Shown piece by piece: positions 1 through 8,806 of a stretch of DNA of 64,000 nucleotides. A program made the translations under genes and the position numbers. The stretch lies in the NCBI GenBank assembly GCA_021792255.1, contig JAJYUZ010000003.1, positions 1 through 64,000 on the forward strand, written 5' to 3'. Numbering within the stretch: position 1 is the stretch's first letter; each line of letters opens with the position of its first letter. The notes beneath the pieces were generated by a model, which was not told the DNA's origin, made no database searches, and saw only the letters and a list, made by a program, of their open reading frames with translations. This DNA is from Thermoplasmata archaeon (GTDB lineage: Archaea; Thermoplasmatota; Thermoplasmata; Thermoplasmatales; GCA-001856825).

Positions 1-1
1 T

Positions 2-481
2 CAGCTTCCGATTCTGTCTATGCCCTCGGATGATATGACCCACCCCATCCCCGATCTGACGGGTTACATCACAGAGGGACAGATTTTCGTCAGCAGGGAG
101 CTTCACAGAAAGGGCATTTACCCACCGATAAACGTTCTGCCATCGCTATCGAGACTAATGAACCAGGGCATTGGAAAGGGACGAACGAGGGAAGATCACA
201 GGGGAGTTGCGGATCAATTGTACTCCGCATATGGAAGGGGTACGGACCTTAAGAGTCTCAGTGCCATAGTCGGAACTGAAGCGCTCGGTAAGGACGACCG
301 ACAGTACCTCGAATTCGCAAACCTCTTCGAAGGAAGGTTCGTCAACCAGGGATTCAACGAGGACAGAACGATAGAGAAAACCATGGAGATAGGATGGGAC
401 GTCCTGTCCACGCTACCTGAAAGGGAAATGAAGAGAGTGAAGAGAGAGTTCATACAGAAATACGGGAAATGGAGGAAGTGA
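2..481 (+). CDS. atpB: A/V-type ATP synthase subunit B, C-terminal part (5' truncated by the window edge)
   Basis: [19 protein letters not shown] and [14 protein letters not shown] motifs; frame open from position 2. Confidence 0.97.
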   Translation, partial: QLPILSMPSDDMTHPIPDLTGYITEGQIFVSRELHRKGIYPPINVLPSLSRLMNQGIGKGRTREDHRGVADQLYSAYGRGTDLKSLSAIVGTEALGKDDRQYLEFANLFEGRFVNQGFNEDRTIEKTMEIGWDVLSTLPEREMKRVKREFIQKYGKWRK

Positions 482-482
482 A

Positions 483-1127
483 TTGGAAACAACTAACATT
501 CGCCCAACGAGAATGGAGCTTCTCAAGACGAAGGGAAGGATCAAACTCGCAAAGAGAGGACTCGATCTTCTCAAGCTGAAGAGGTCTTCCCTGATAATGG
601 AATTCTTCGCCATTTCAAAAGAAGTGAAGGGACTGAGGGGGAACGTCAAAGAGCTCATAGAGAAATCGAGCACCAGCGAGAGACTCGCGGAAATAAATGC
701 CGGGAAGCTGATCATAGAAAATACGGCTTTTTTTCAGCCCGGGCTGAAGGTGGAGGTTGCTTCCAAGAACGTGATGGGAGTTAAGCTGCCGCAGGTCACG
801 ATGGCAAAACAGAAGAGCTTCATGGACCAGCTCTTCGAAATGATATCGCTTCCGACTTCGCTTATGGAAGCGAGGGAGAATTTTACGGAGCTCCTGAACC
901 GAATGCTGCTCATAGCGGAGAAGGAGATTTCGATGAGGAGACTCCTGATCGAAATAGACAAAACAAAGAGGAGGACAAATTCCATAGAGAACGTTCTAAT
1001 TCCACGGCTCACGGAATCTGCGAACTACATAAAAATGAAGCTGGATGAAATTGACAGAGAGACCTTCATAACACTCAAGGTCATCAAGGGAAAGATACAG
1101 GAAAGGGAGGCCGGAGAGAGTGCATAG
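483..1127 (+). CDS. atpD: A/V-type ATP synthase subunit D
   Basis: PTRMELL N-terminus, KTKRRTNSIENVLIP; TTG start after GGAGG; follows atpB. Confidence 0.96.
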   Translation: METTNIRPTRMELLKTKGRIKLAKRGLDLLKLKRSSLIMEFFAISKEVKGLRGNVKELIEKSSTSERLAEINAGKLIIENTAFFQPGLKVEVASKNVMGVKLPQVTMAKQKSFMDQLFEMISLPTSLMEARENFTELLNRMLLIAEKEISMRRLLIEIDKTKRRTNSIENVLIPRLTESANYIKMKLDEIDRETFITLKVIKGKIQEREAGESA

Positions 1128-1239
1128 CTTTGCTAACAGACCCCAAAGGAACTTCTTTCTCCTGACCAGACTGATATTCATAGCTAACGTTCTGACGTTC
1201 GCACTGGCACTCATTATTGTGATGGAGGTCTTGCAATGA
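1120..1239 (+). CDS. 39-aa single-TM protein MHSFANRPQRNFFLLTRLIFIANVLTFALALIIVMEVLQ (not in the ORF track)
   Basis: GTG at 1120 with GGAGG at 1106-1110; overlaps the atpD end by 8 nt; TGA overlaps the atpH ATG (ATGA); fills the whole D-H gap; one hydrophobic helix. Confidence 0.7.
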   Translation: MHSFANRPQRNFFLLTRLIFIANVLTFALALIIVMEVLQ

Positions 1240-1553
1240 CGGGAGAAATAGATACCCTTAAAGCGATAAGAGATAAGGAAACGGAAGCGCAGAGAAGGAT
1301 CGAAGAAGCTACCGAAAAAGGGGCCAAAATAATCAGAGAGGCAGAAGAGGAAAGAAAGAGAATACTGGCAGAGGCGGAAGAGAACGGAAGGAAATTCTAC
1401 GAGGACTTCCTCGATAAGAATAGGGAACTGATTTCCCTAGAAGTCGAGGAGATAAAGAAGAAATTCCAGGAGGAAGGCAAGAAATTCAGGACCGATATTT
1501 CTGAGCAGGTTCTCGATAAGATCTCAAAGAAACTTCTGGAGATTAATGATTGA
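1236..1553 (+). CDS. atpH: A-type ATP synthase subunit H (G), peripheral stalk
   Basis: 105-aa E/K/A-rich coiled coil directly before subunit I; GGAGG RBS. Confidence 0.88.
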   Translation: MTGEIDTLKAIRDKETEAQRRIEEATEKGAKIIREAEEERKRILAEAEENGRKFYEDFLDKNRELISLEVEEIKKKFQEEGKKFRTDISEQVLDKISKKLLEIND

Positions 1554-3497
1554 ATGCTGATTCCCAGGAAGATGGTGAAGGTCAGAATATATTCCGTGAA
1601 GCAGAATGAGAATGCCTTACTATCTACCCTTCACGACCTGGGAGTCATCCAGGTAGAGGCCGTTTCAATACGATCGGACCAAGTGTCTTCACTACCACCC
1701 AACGAATCCTACGCAAAACTCAGTGAACTGTCAAGGAAGATCAGGGACCTGGAGATTTCTCTCTATCCGAGCGGTACGGATGAAAAGAAACTCTTCAAAA
1801 ATGTGAAGGAACTGGTAGAGGCAGCGGAGAGGTTGGACATCTTTGAAAGGATCAAGCGTCTCAAGGAAAACGAGGGCAAGGCACTCTCCTCGCTCAAGTC
1901 CATCAACGACAGGATCTCCTCTCTCGAAAAAATATCTTTCTACGAGGACGATCTGGAGTACCTAGGCAGTTCCAGCATAGTCTCGTTCGTGATAAGAAAC
2001 GACGAAGCGACGAGAGCCAAGCTTGCAGCCTTCGAAGGAGTTTTTCTGATCAAGGGAGACGAATATCTTATCGCTGTAGTACCGAAAAATCTTCACAGCA
2101 AGTTTGGGGAATTCACGAAGAACGAAAAAATTGAGATCGGTTCTATTCCCACGTCAAAGGGAAAGGTCAGGGATAGGCTGAGCGCTGAGGAGAAGAAGAG
2201 AGAGGACGTCAAGAGAGAGCTGGAAGGAGCGAGGAACGAAATTTCGGATATCTCGAAGGAGAATTACGCAAACGTTGCCGCCATAAGGGAGCAACTGGAA
2301 ATAGAGCTCAAGAAGATTGACGTGACCTCTAAACTGTCAGGAACGAAGAAGTCACTCATCCTGGAAGGATGGATCCCGAGGGATGAATTGGACGGCGTGA
2401 AGAGCGCACTCGCTAGAGTGACGGAAGACCAAGTCCTCATAGAAGAGCTGAAGACTGAGGAAACACCTCCCACTGCCCTAAGAAATCCAAAGAGAATCAA
2501 GCTATTCGAGTTCTTCATCCGTTTCTATTCGCTGCCCCAATCGGTGGAGATAGATCCAACACTTGTCTTTGCTTTAGTCTTCCCGGTATTCTTTGGTCTG
2601 ATGATAGGAGACGTAGGTTATGGACTCACGATTCTCATAATCTCTGTTTGGCTTATCAGGAGAGTCGACCATCCCCCAAAGAAGTCGAGGGTCCCCAAGT
2701 TCCTCGGCAGATTTGTACTGAGCATGATGAGCAGGAGAAGCCTGAAGATTCTTGCCAAGGCTATGTTACCGGGCGCGATGATCGCCATTGCACTCGGGGT
2801 ACTTTTCGACAACTATTTCGGTTTCCAGCTGCCCTATCCTCATTTCTCCGTGCTTGACCCTGCGGGGCTCAAGACTCTGCTCTTGATATCAGGGTACACT
2901 GGTGTCGCTATGGTTAGCCTTGGCCTGATTTTTGGGTTCATCGTAAACTTCGTCCATGGCCACAGGAAGGAAGCAATCGGCAAGATCGGTTGGCTCCTCC
3001 TCGCATACTCGATAGTCATAATCGGCCTGGAAGTGCTCAGGAGACAGAGCCTCAACCCGCTGTCTAACCACCTAGCCCTTATCGCGTTCCCCATGCTGAT
3101 AGTTGGATTTGGTATAGTCATATACGCAGAGAAGGCTCAGGCACTCCTCGAAGTCACAACCATAATTTCACACATTCTTTCTTACACAAGACTCGTCGGC
3201 ATCTTGCTATCATCGGTGATATTGGCCCTCGTATTCGATGACATATTCCTCGGATCACTCAGACATTCAATCCCCTACATCATTCTCGGGTTCGTCGTCC
3301 TCATAGTCGGACAGCTACTGAACCTCATAATAGCCATCTTTGAGCCGGGAATTCAGGGGGCCAGGTTGATCTACGTGGAATTCTTCAGCAAATTCTACAA
3401 GGGTAACGGGAGGGAATTCAGGCCATTTTCGTCGCCCCGTAACTACACCATAAAGCAGTTTTCCCTCGATCCACTCGATGGAAAGGGGAAGAAGTAA
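1554..3497 (+). CDS. atpI: A/V-type ATP synthase subunit I (a)
   Basis: Soluble N-half, EIDPT..FFGLMIGDVGYG, ISHILSYTRL (essential Arg), RLIYVEFFSKFY. Confidence 0.97.
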   Translation: MLIPRKMVKVRIYSVKQNENALLSTLHDLGVIQVEAVSIRSDQVSSLPPNESYAKLSELSRKIRDLEISLYPSGTDEKKLFKNVKELVEAAERLDIFERIKRLKENEGKALSSLKSINDRISSLEKISFYEDDLEYLGSSSIVSFVIRNDEATRAKLAAFEGVFLIKGDEYLIAVVPKNLHSKFGEFTKNEKIEIGSIPTSKGKVRDRLSAEEKKREDVKRELEGARNEISDISKENYANVAAIREQLEIELKKIDVTSKLSGTKKSLILEGWIPRDELDGVKSALARVTEDQVLIEELKTEETPPTALRNPKRIKLFEFFIRFYSLPQSVEIDPTLVFALVFPVFFGLMIGDVGYGLTILIISVWLIRRVDHPPKKSRVPKFLGRFVLSMMSRRSLKILAKAMLPGAMIAIALGVLFDNYFGFQLPYPHFSVLDPAGLKTLLLISGYTGVAMVSLGLIFGFIVNFVHGHRKEAIGKIGWLLLAYSIVIIGLEVLRRQSLNPLSNHLALIAFPMLIVGFGIVIYAEKAQALLEVTTIISHILSYTRLVGILLSSVILALVFDDIFLGSLRHSIPYIILGFVVLIVGQLLNLIIAIFEPGIQGARLIYVEFFSKFYKGNGREFRPFSSPRNYTIKQFSLDPLDGKGKK

Positions 3498-3547
3498 CCA
3501 CCCGGACTCAGAACACTAGATTTTTAAACTCGGTATGATAATGATAA

Positions 3548-4030
3548 TTGAAACGATATATGCATCGTCTTGAGAGTAATAGCCCTAACAGTTTGATCGG
3601 ATTACTCGAGATTCTGGAGGATATAGGAAAATCGACCGATATAGCAAAACTGGACGATTCCCTCGATGAGGAGAGGACTATGCTGATGAACCTACTTGAC
3701 GACGCTGAAAGCCTCAATCTAATAACCATTGCGAATGGCGATGTCACCCTGACCGAGACGGGGAAGAAGTTCCTGGATTCAAGCATTCCGCAGAGAAAAA
3801 AAATGTTGAAGGGCCTGGTGAAGGATGTCGAACCTTTCCACTCCCTGATAAACTACTTCAAGTCCCTCGGGACGACCGCCGTTGCGAAAGAGGATGTTGG
3901 AAGATACCTGAGCGAAATTTTTCCTCCTGGAGAGAATGACGATACTATAAGGGTAGTTCTCAACTGGGGCAGATACACAAAACTCTTCAGCTATGACAGC
4001 GACGTTGGGCTGATCGTGTTTCAGGACTAG
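3548..4030 (+). CDS. Stand-alone AAA-associated C-terminal domain (AAA_assoc_C-like, normally on NitT/TauT ABC ATPases); alternative ATG at 3560
   Basis: LIGLLEIL..GDVTLTETGKKF..VLNWGRYTKLFSYD resembles the winged-helix tail of NitT/TauT ATPases; TTTTAAA promoter near 3521. Confidence 0.75.
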   Translation: MKRYMHRLESNSPNSLIGLLEILEDIGKSTDIAKLDDSLDEERTMLMNLLDDAESLNLITIANGDVTLTETGKKFLDSSIPQRKKMLKGLVKDVEPFHSLINYFKSLGTTAVAKEDVGRYLSEIFPPGENDDTIRVVLNWGRYTKLFSYDSDVGLIVFQD

Positions 4031-4782
4031 ACCGAAGACATCAACTTTACGACACTGTCGACGACAGAGTAAAATTCCTCGCTTCGCGTGTTTCTTGGTC
4101 TGGGCAGGTCGATATTGATCTCTCCCAGGACCGTCGCGGGTCTTGAACTGAGGACTACGATTTTGTCGCTCATCTGCACGGCTTCGTCCACATTGTGGGT
4201 GACCATTAGTATCGTATCGGGAGGGATAGTCGGAGATTCCCATAGATCTAGGAGTTCTTCTCTCAGCGCCTGAGCTGAGAAAACGTCTAGAGCGGCGAAT
4301 GGCTCATCCAGAAGAAGCATGTCTGGACCTGTGACCAGAGCCCTTGCAATTGAGACCCTCTGCTTCATTCCCCCAGAAAGTTCTCTCGGGTAGGCCTCTT
4401 CGAACCCATCGATCCCTACTATCTTGATGAATTTCTCTGACGTTTCTTTGATGTAATTCTCGTCCTTTGTCAGTGGTTCGAGCGCAATTTCGACGTTTTT
4501 CAGGACGTCAAGCCAAGGGAAGAGTGCTGCATTTTGAAACACAACTGATATCTTTGGAGTCGCAAAACCGAGAGGTTTTCCAGAAAAGTTTACCGAACCC
4601 AGTGAAGGTTTCAGTAGACCGAGAAGAATCTTGATGATTGTGGATTTTCCGCAACCTGATGGCCCAATTATTGAGACAAACTGGTTGCTCTTGACCGAGA
4701 AGGAAATGTCACGTAAGGACAGCAGTTTCTTACCATTGGAATCATATTCCACCGCTATATCCTTCATCTCGAGGAAATCCAT
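4027..4782 (-). CDS. ABC transporter ATP-binding protein, NitT/TauT family
   Basis: GPSGCGKST, LSGGMKQR, LLLDEPF, VTHNVDEA; ATG 4782 (ORF track uses TTG 4791). Confidence 0.95.
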   Translation of the reverse strand: MDFLEMKDIAVEYDSNGKKLLSLRDISFSVKSNQFVSIIGPSGCGKSTIIKILLGLLKPSLGSVNFSGKPLGFATPKISVVFQNAALFPWLDVLKNVEIALEPLTKDENYIKETSEKFIKIVGIDGFEEAYPRELSGGMKQRVSIARALVTGPDMLLLDEPFAALDVFSAQALREELLDLWESPTIPPDTILMVTHNVDEAVQMSDKIVVLSSRPATVLGEINIDLPRPRNTRSEEFYSVVDSVVKLMSSV

Positions 4783-4806
4783 CAATAGCAAAGTTAGTGA
4801 TATTAT

Positions 4807-4820
4807 TTAGTCTTGACTAA
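4807..4820. promoter_or_regulatory. Palindrome TTAGTC-TT-GACTAA, candidate operator in the divergent ABC promoter region
   Basis: Perfect 6-bp arms; overlaps a wider inverted repeat AAGTTAGT (4791-4798)/ACTAACTT (4816-4823). Confidence 0.45.
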
Positions 4821-4928
4821 CTTATTTCTATTGAGCCAAGGCGATACCAATTGATCGCTAAGTCAGAATAGGAAAGTTCAGACACTTAAGAAAAACATTT
4901 CTATGGTCCTTTAATAACGCGAGAGGAC

Positions 4929-6554
4929 ATGTTGAGTTTCGCCCTCTTCCTGCTCATTCTTGAGGCCACAGGAGAAACGTTTCTGAGATTGTGGATTCTC
5001 ATGCTCGCATCTGTCTTGATTGCCATAGTTTTTGGCATTCTGGTTGCGAGGGTCAGGATTGCGGAACTTATCTTGATACCAATCGTGGATGTTCTTGAGG
5101 CAATACCTGTCATCTCTTTCTTCCCAATCGTTCTGGTATTCTTTCTGGTGGACATAGGCGGACCAGTGGGGACGGACCTCGCAGTAGATGTTCTGATAAT
5201 TACGGCACTGGTCTGGAACATAATCATTGGCGTCTATCAGGCGGTCTCTCACATACCTCAGGAATTACTGGAATCGACCTTCGCATTCAAGATGACATTC
5301 TGGAAGAGGATCAGGTATCTGTACATCCCTGCGAGCTATCAGAAGATAGTTGCCAACATTATGCCGAGTTTCGCTAGCGGACTCTTCTACATAACGCTCA
5401 GCGAGGTCATACAACTGGGTCCACACAATTTTCACGTTTTTGGGATCGGGGAGGTAGCTATCATCCTAGCTGACCAAAACAACATATTTGGTACGATCGT
5501 TCTTATCCTGGTTCTTGTATTCGCAATAGTTCTCAATTTCTTGTACATCATAAACCCCCTCATCAAGAGTGCAGAAAGATATACCTTTGAAACGGAGTCC
5601 GGTGGACAGGGCCAGAAACAAGCAAAGAAGAAAAGCGTACTCGTAAATTCTCTGTCCCAGAGGACTAACCAGGTGGCAGGCTCGGTTGCTCATCTCTTCT
5701 CTTCTGTCAGCAAGGTGGCTTCAATATTGCCCTCATCAAATAGAACCGAGAGGAGATTGAGACCATCGACCCGCGCACTAAACATTTTGATAGGTTCTTC
5801 TCTGATACTGGTGCTCATAATAGGCATCTACCTGATCGCCCAGTCTGGATTTTCCGCAGCATTCGAACTGTACTTTATAAAGCCCTCATTCTTGTTAGCA
5901 GCCAGTATTGGAACGATCTACGACCTGACAAGAATAGGCATTGTGTACGGTGTTTCCGTCCTGACGATGGTTCCGTTGGCAATAATTGCTGGAAGAAAAG
6001 GCAGGGAGGGAGATATGGTAAATGGTGCAATGCAGGTAGTGTATTCTGTACCTGCCCCCATCTTTTATCCACTGATTCTCGTCTACTTGACCCCGTTCCT
6101 GATGAGGGCTTTCAGCTTCGAATTCTCTCTGAACGTTGACGTCCTGATCATAACTTACCTCTCAGCGGCATCCTACATTTTTTTCAACGTATTCGGTGCT
6201 GCCAGAAACATTCCTGCCGACTTTGAAATGGTCGCAACTACGCTTAAGTTGAAAAGAGGTGCAAAACTGAAATATCTCATCCTACCATCAATAATTCCTG
6301 CGCTAATCACGGGATCGATGGCAGCACTCGGAAGCTACTGGGCAGGACTCATGGTTGCGGAGTACGCGGTTCTTCCTACCAAGACTTATACCATTTCCTT
6401 TGGTCTCATGAAAATGATAGATCAGGCGATAGCTCAGGGAAATTTGCTCTATGCAGACGCGATAGATATTTTCATGATCATCGTGATAATCGTAATGAGT
6501 TACGTCATATGGATCAGGCTCTTCGATTATTCTAGGAAAAGGTTCAGCTTCTAA
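4929..6554 (+). CDS. ABC transporter permease with duplicated membrane domains, NitT/TauT family
   Basis: About 12 TM segments, two EAA-like loops (IPQELLES..YLYIPA; IPADFEMVA..YLILPS). Confidence 0.9.
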   Translation: MLSFALFLLILEATGETFLRLWILMLASVLIAIVFGILVARVRIAELILIPIVDVLEAIPVISFFPIVLVFFLVDIGGPVGTDLAVDVLIITALVWNIIIGVYQAVSHIPQELLESTFAFKMTFWKRIRYLYIPASYQKIVANIMPSFASGLFYITLSEVIQLGPHNFHVFGIGEVAIILADQNNIFGTIVLILVLVFAIVLNFLYIINPLIKSAERYTFETESGGQGQKQAKKKSVLVNSLSQRTNQVAGSVAHLFSSVSKVASILPSSNRTERRLRPSTRALNILIGSSLILVLIIGIYLIAQSGFSAAFELYFIKPSFLLAASIGTIYDLTRIGIVYGVSVLTMVPLAIIAGRKGREGDMVNGAMQVVYSVPAPIFYPLILVYLTPFLMRAFSFEFSLNVDVLIITYLSAASYIFFNVFGAARNIPADFEMVATTLKLKRGAKLKYLILPSIIPALITGSMAALGSYWAGLMVAEYAVLPTKTYTISFGLMKMIDQAIAQGNLLYADAIDIFMIIVIIVMSYVIWIRLFDYSRKRFSF

Positions 6555-6640
6555 TAACGATCTAAAATTCCAAAAGCATCTGTGTCAGCACCATTAATTT
6601 TCTCAAAAATCGTCAAAAAATGATTAATATAGAGTTCTAA

Positions 6641-8575
6641 ATGCGGAAACCAATGAATAATGAAGAAAACTTCCTCAGAAGTCCTTACCTCGAGGACCAC
6701 ATGAAAGATCCCGTAAAGTGGAACGTGTGGGACGACAAGCTCTTTGAACTTTCGAGAAAGGAGGACAGGCCTCTTTTCATAACTATCGGCTATTCAACGT
6801 GCCACTGGTGCCACGTCATGCAGAGAGAATCTTTCAGGGACGAGGAGGTGTCAAAAATCCTGAACGAGAGCTACATTCCGGTTGTGATCGATAGGGAAGA
6901 GAGACCCGATCTTGATTCCTTCTATATGGGTGTTTCCCAGATCATGAATGGTAGTGGAGGATGGCCACTGAACGTTATTGCGATGCCCGATGGAAGGCCA
7001 TTCCAGGTCTTCACATATCTGCCTCCGAGAGATCCCCAAGGAAGTGGAGGGATGGTTGGAATGCTGTCTGCCATATCAGAGATCTGGAAGTCAGAAAGAG
7101 GAAGAATAATAGAGGCAACAGACCAGGTCTCTTCGATAATACTCAGTCCCGACAAGGAGATGGACGGTGAGATAAGGATAGATGACGCAATCGAGACTCT
7201 GCAAAGCATGTACGACAGGAAGAACGGAGGGTTCGGAAGTCAACCAAAATTCCCCAATTTTCCGTACCTCCTCTTCCTGATGAATTACATGGATTCGAAA
7301 AGGATCAAGAACCTTTCCTACATTATTGAAAAGACTCTGAAGAACATGAGGAACGGGGGAATATATGACCAGGTTGGATATGGATTACACAGATATTCTA
7401 CGGATTCTGAATGGAAGATACCTCACTTCGAAAAGATGCTCTACGACCAGGCTATGATGATTCAGACCTACACACAGTTCTACAGGTTCACAGGGGACGA
7501 GTCTTTCCTTGGAGTGGCCGGGGAAGTGGTTGAATTCGTCAACAAGAGCATGAAGAATTCAGACGGCTTCTACGTCAGTGGACTGGACGCAGACTTCAAT
7601 GGGCTTGAGGGGGGACATTATACTTGGACGGAGAAGGAGCTTGAAGAGAAATTTGACCCTGAAACGAGGAAAAGAATCGAAGAGGCATATTACTTTGATA
7701 GAGACCAGGAAAATAGAATAGTCTTCAGAAGGAGGGAACTGTTCAATGTTTCCAAGGACAAGATCAAATCGCTCAAGGAATTAAACGCAATCTTGCTGGA
7801 GGAGAGGAATAAGAAGGGAGTTCCGAAAGCTGACGACAAGGCAATTCTCTCATGGAACTCTATGCTCCTCTCTTCGATCCTCTCCTATTCCATTTCCAAT
7901 GACAAGAAGGAATTTGACGAAGTCATCAAGACAACTGAGAGGATGATAGCATCGTTCTCTGATGGGAAACTCCTCTACAGGACGGTGAGAAAGGGTACCA
8001 AGGGAGTGAAAGGACTCCTTGAGGACTACGCATACTTCACATCTCTCATGCTCGATCTGTACGAAGCCACCGGTGACAGGAAATATCTTTCTAAGGCAAT
8101 AGAGAAGATCGGAGTTATGAAAGAGAAGTTCTTTGACGACAAGGACGGGGGGTTCTTCACCAACCAGGATGGAAGGCCCAACTTGATGCTGAGGAACAAG
8201 GACAGACTGGACATCATATACCCATCTGGAGAGTCCATACTTTATGCTGTCCTGGAAAGACTGTACCTCATGACTGCTGTAGAAGAGTTTAGAGATTTCA
8301 GCGAGTCTATAGTGCATGCAAGAAGAAATGAAATGTTGAGAAATCCTCTCTCTTCCGTCTACTTGCTTTCTGTGATGCTCTTCAAGGGAAAAACTAAGAA
8401 AATAGAGATTCCTGAAAAATTGAGGGAAGAATTTTTGGAGATAATAGGGAAGAAATACCTGCCAAACATTGTTTCGATACCTGGATCAGATTCGGTACAG
8501 GTATGCGATGATAAGTCCTGTCTGTTTACGGGCACCAAAATTAGCGACGCCTTAGACTTCATTGGACACAATTAG
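6641..8575 (+). CDS. Thioredoxin-domain protein, YyaL/SSP411 (DUF255) family
   Basis: YSTCHWCHVMQRESF, DREERPDLD, GGWPLN, PHFEKMLYDQA. Confidence 0.95.
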   Translation: MRKPMNNEENFLRSPYLEDHMKDPVKWNVWDDKLFELSRKEDRPLFITIGYSTCHWCHVMQRESFRDEEVSKILNESYIPVVIDREERPDLDSFYMGVSQIMNGSGGWPLNVIAMPDGRPFQVFTYLPPRDPQGSGGMVGMLSAISEIWKSERGRIIEATDQVSSIILSPDKEMDGEIRIDDAIETLQSMYDRKNGGFGSQPKFPNFPYLLFLMNYMDSKRIKNLSYIIEKTLKNMRNGGIYDQVGYGLHRYSTDSEWKIPHFEKMLYDQAMMIQTYTQFYRFTGDESFLGVAGEVVEFVNKSMKNSDGFYVSGLDADFNGLEGGHYTWTEKELEEKFDPETRKRIEEAYYFDRDQENRIVFRRRELFNVSKDKIKSLKELNAILLEERNKKGVPKADDKAILSWNSMLLSSILSYSISNDKKEFDEVIKTTERMIASFSDGKLLYRTVRKGTKGVKGLLEDYAYFTSLMLDLYEATGDRKYLSKAIEKIGVMKEKFFDDKDGGFFTNQDGRPNLMLRNKDRLDIIYPSGESILYAVLERLYLMTAVEEFRDFSESIVHARRNEMLRNPLSSVYLLSVMLFKGKTKKIEIPEKLREEFLEIIGKKYLPNIVSIPGSDSVQVCDDKSCLFTGTKISDALDFIGHN

Positions 8576-8806
8576 AACTGCGACAGTCTGTTACCGCCAA
8601 TAGACTTTCCAACTGGTCCTGACATCAGGTTCGTGCCCTGTGAAACTTTCCGAATTTTCGATAGAACATAATTAGCACTCTATTAATTCTTAGAGTGTCA
8701 GTTGGATACCATTTATCGCTCACTCTTCCTATTATCTGCAATATCTTTCAAACAAAATAATGATAAGTTACTGAAACTTGAGAATCAGCATTGTGAGATG
8801 TTCAAA

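Noticed and set aside
3498-3547. Expected atpK (c subunit) after atpI
   Set aside because: Only about 50 nt containing a promoter; atpK must lie outside the window, so its absence cannot be called a loss.
8676-8697. Inverted repeat CACTCTA-N8-TAGAGTG between convergent genes
   Set aside because: Isolated 7-bp stem with no transposase or target duplication; possibly a terminator but unsupported.
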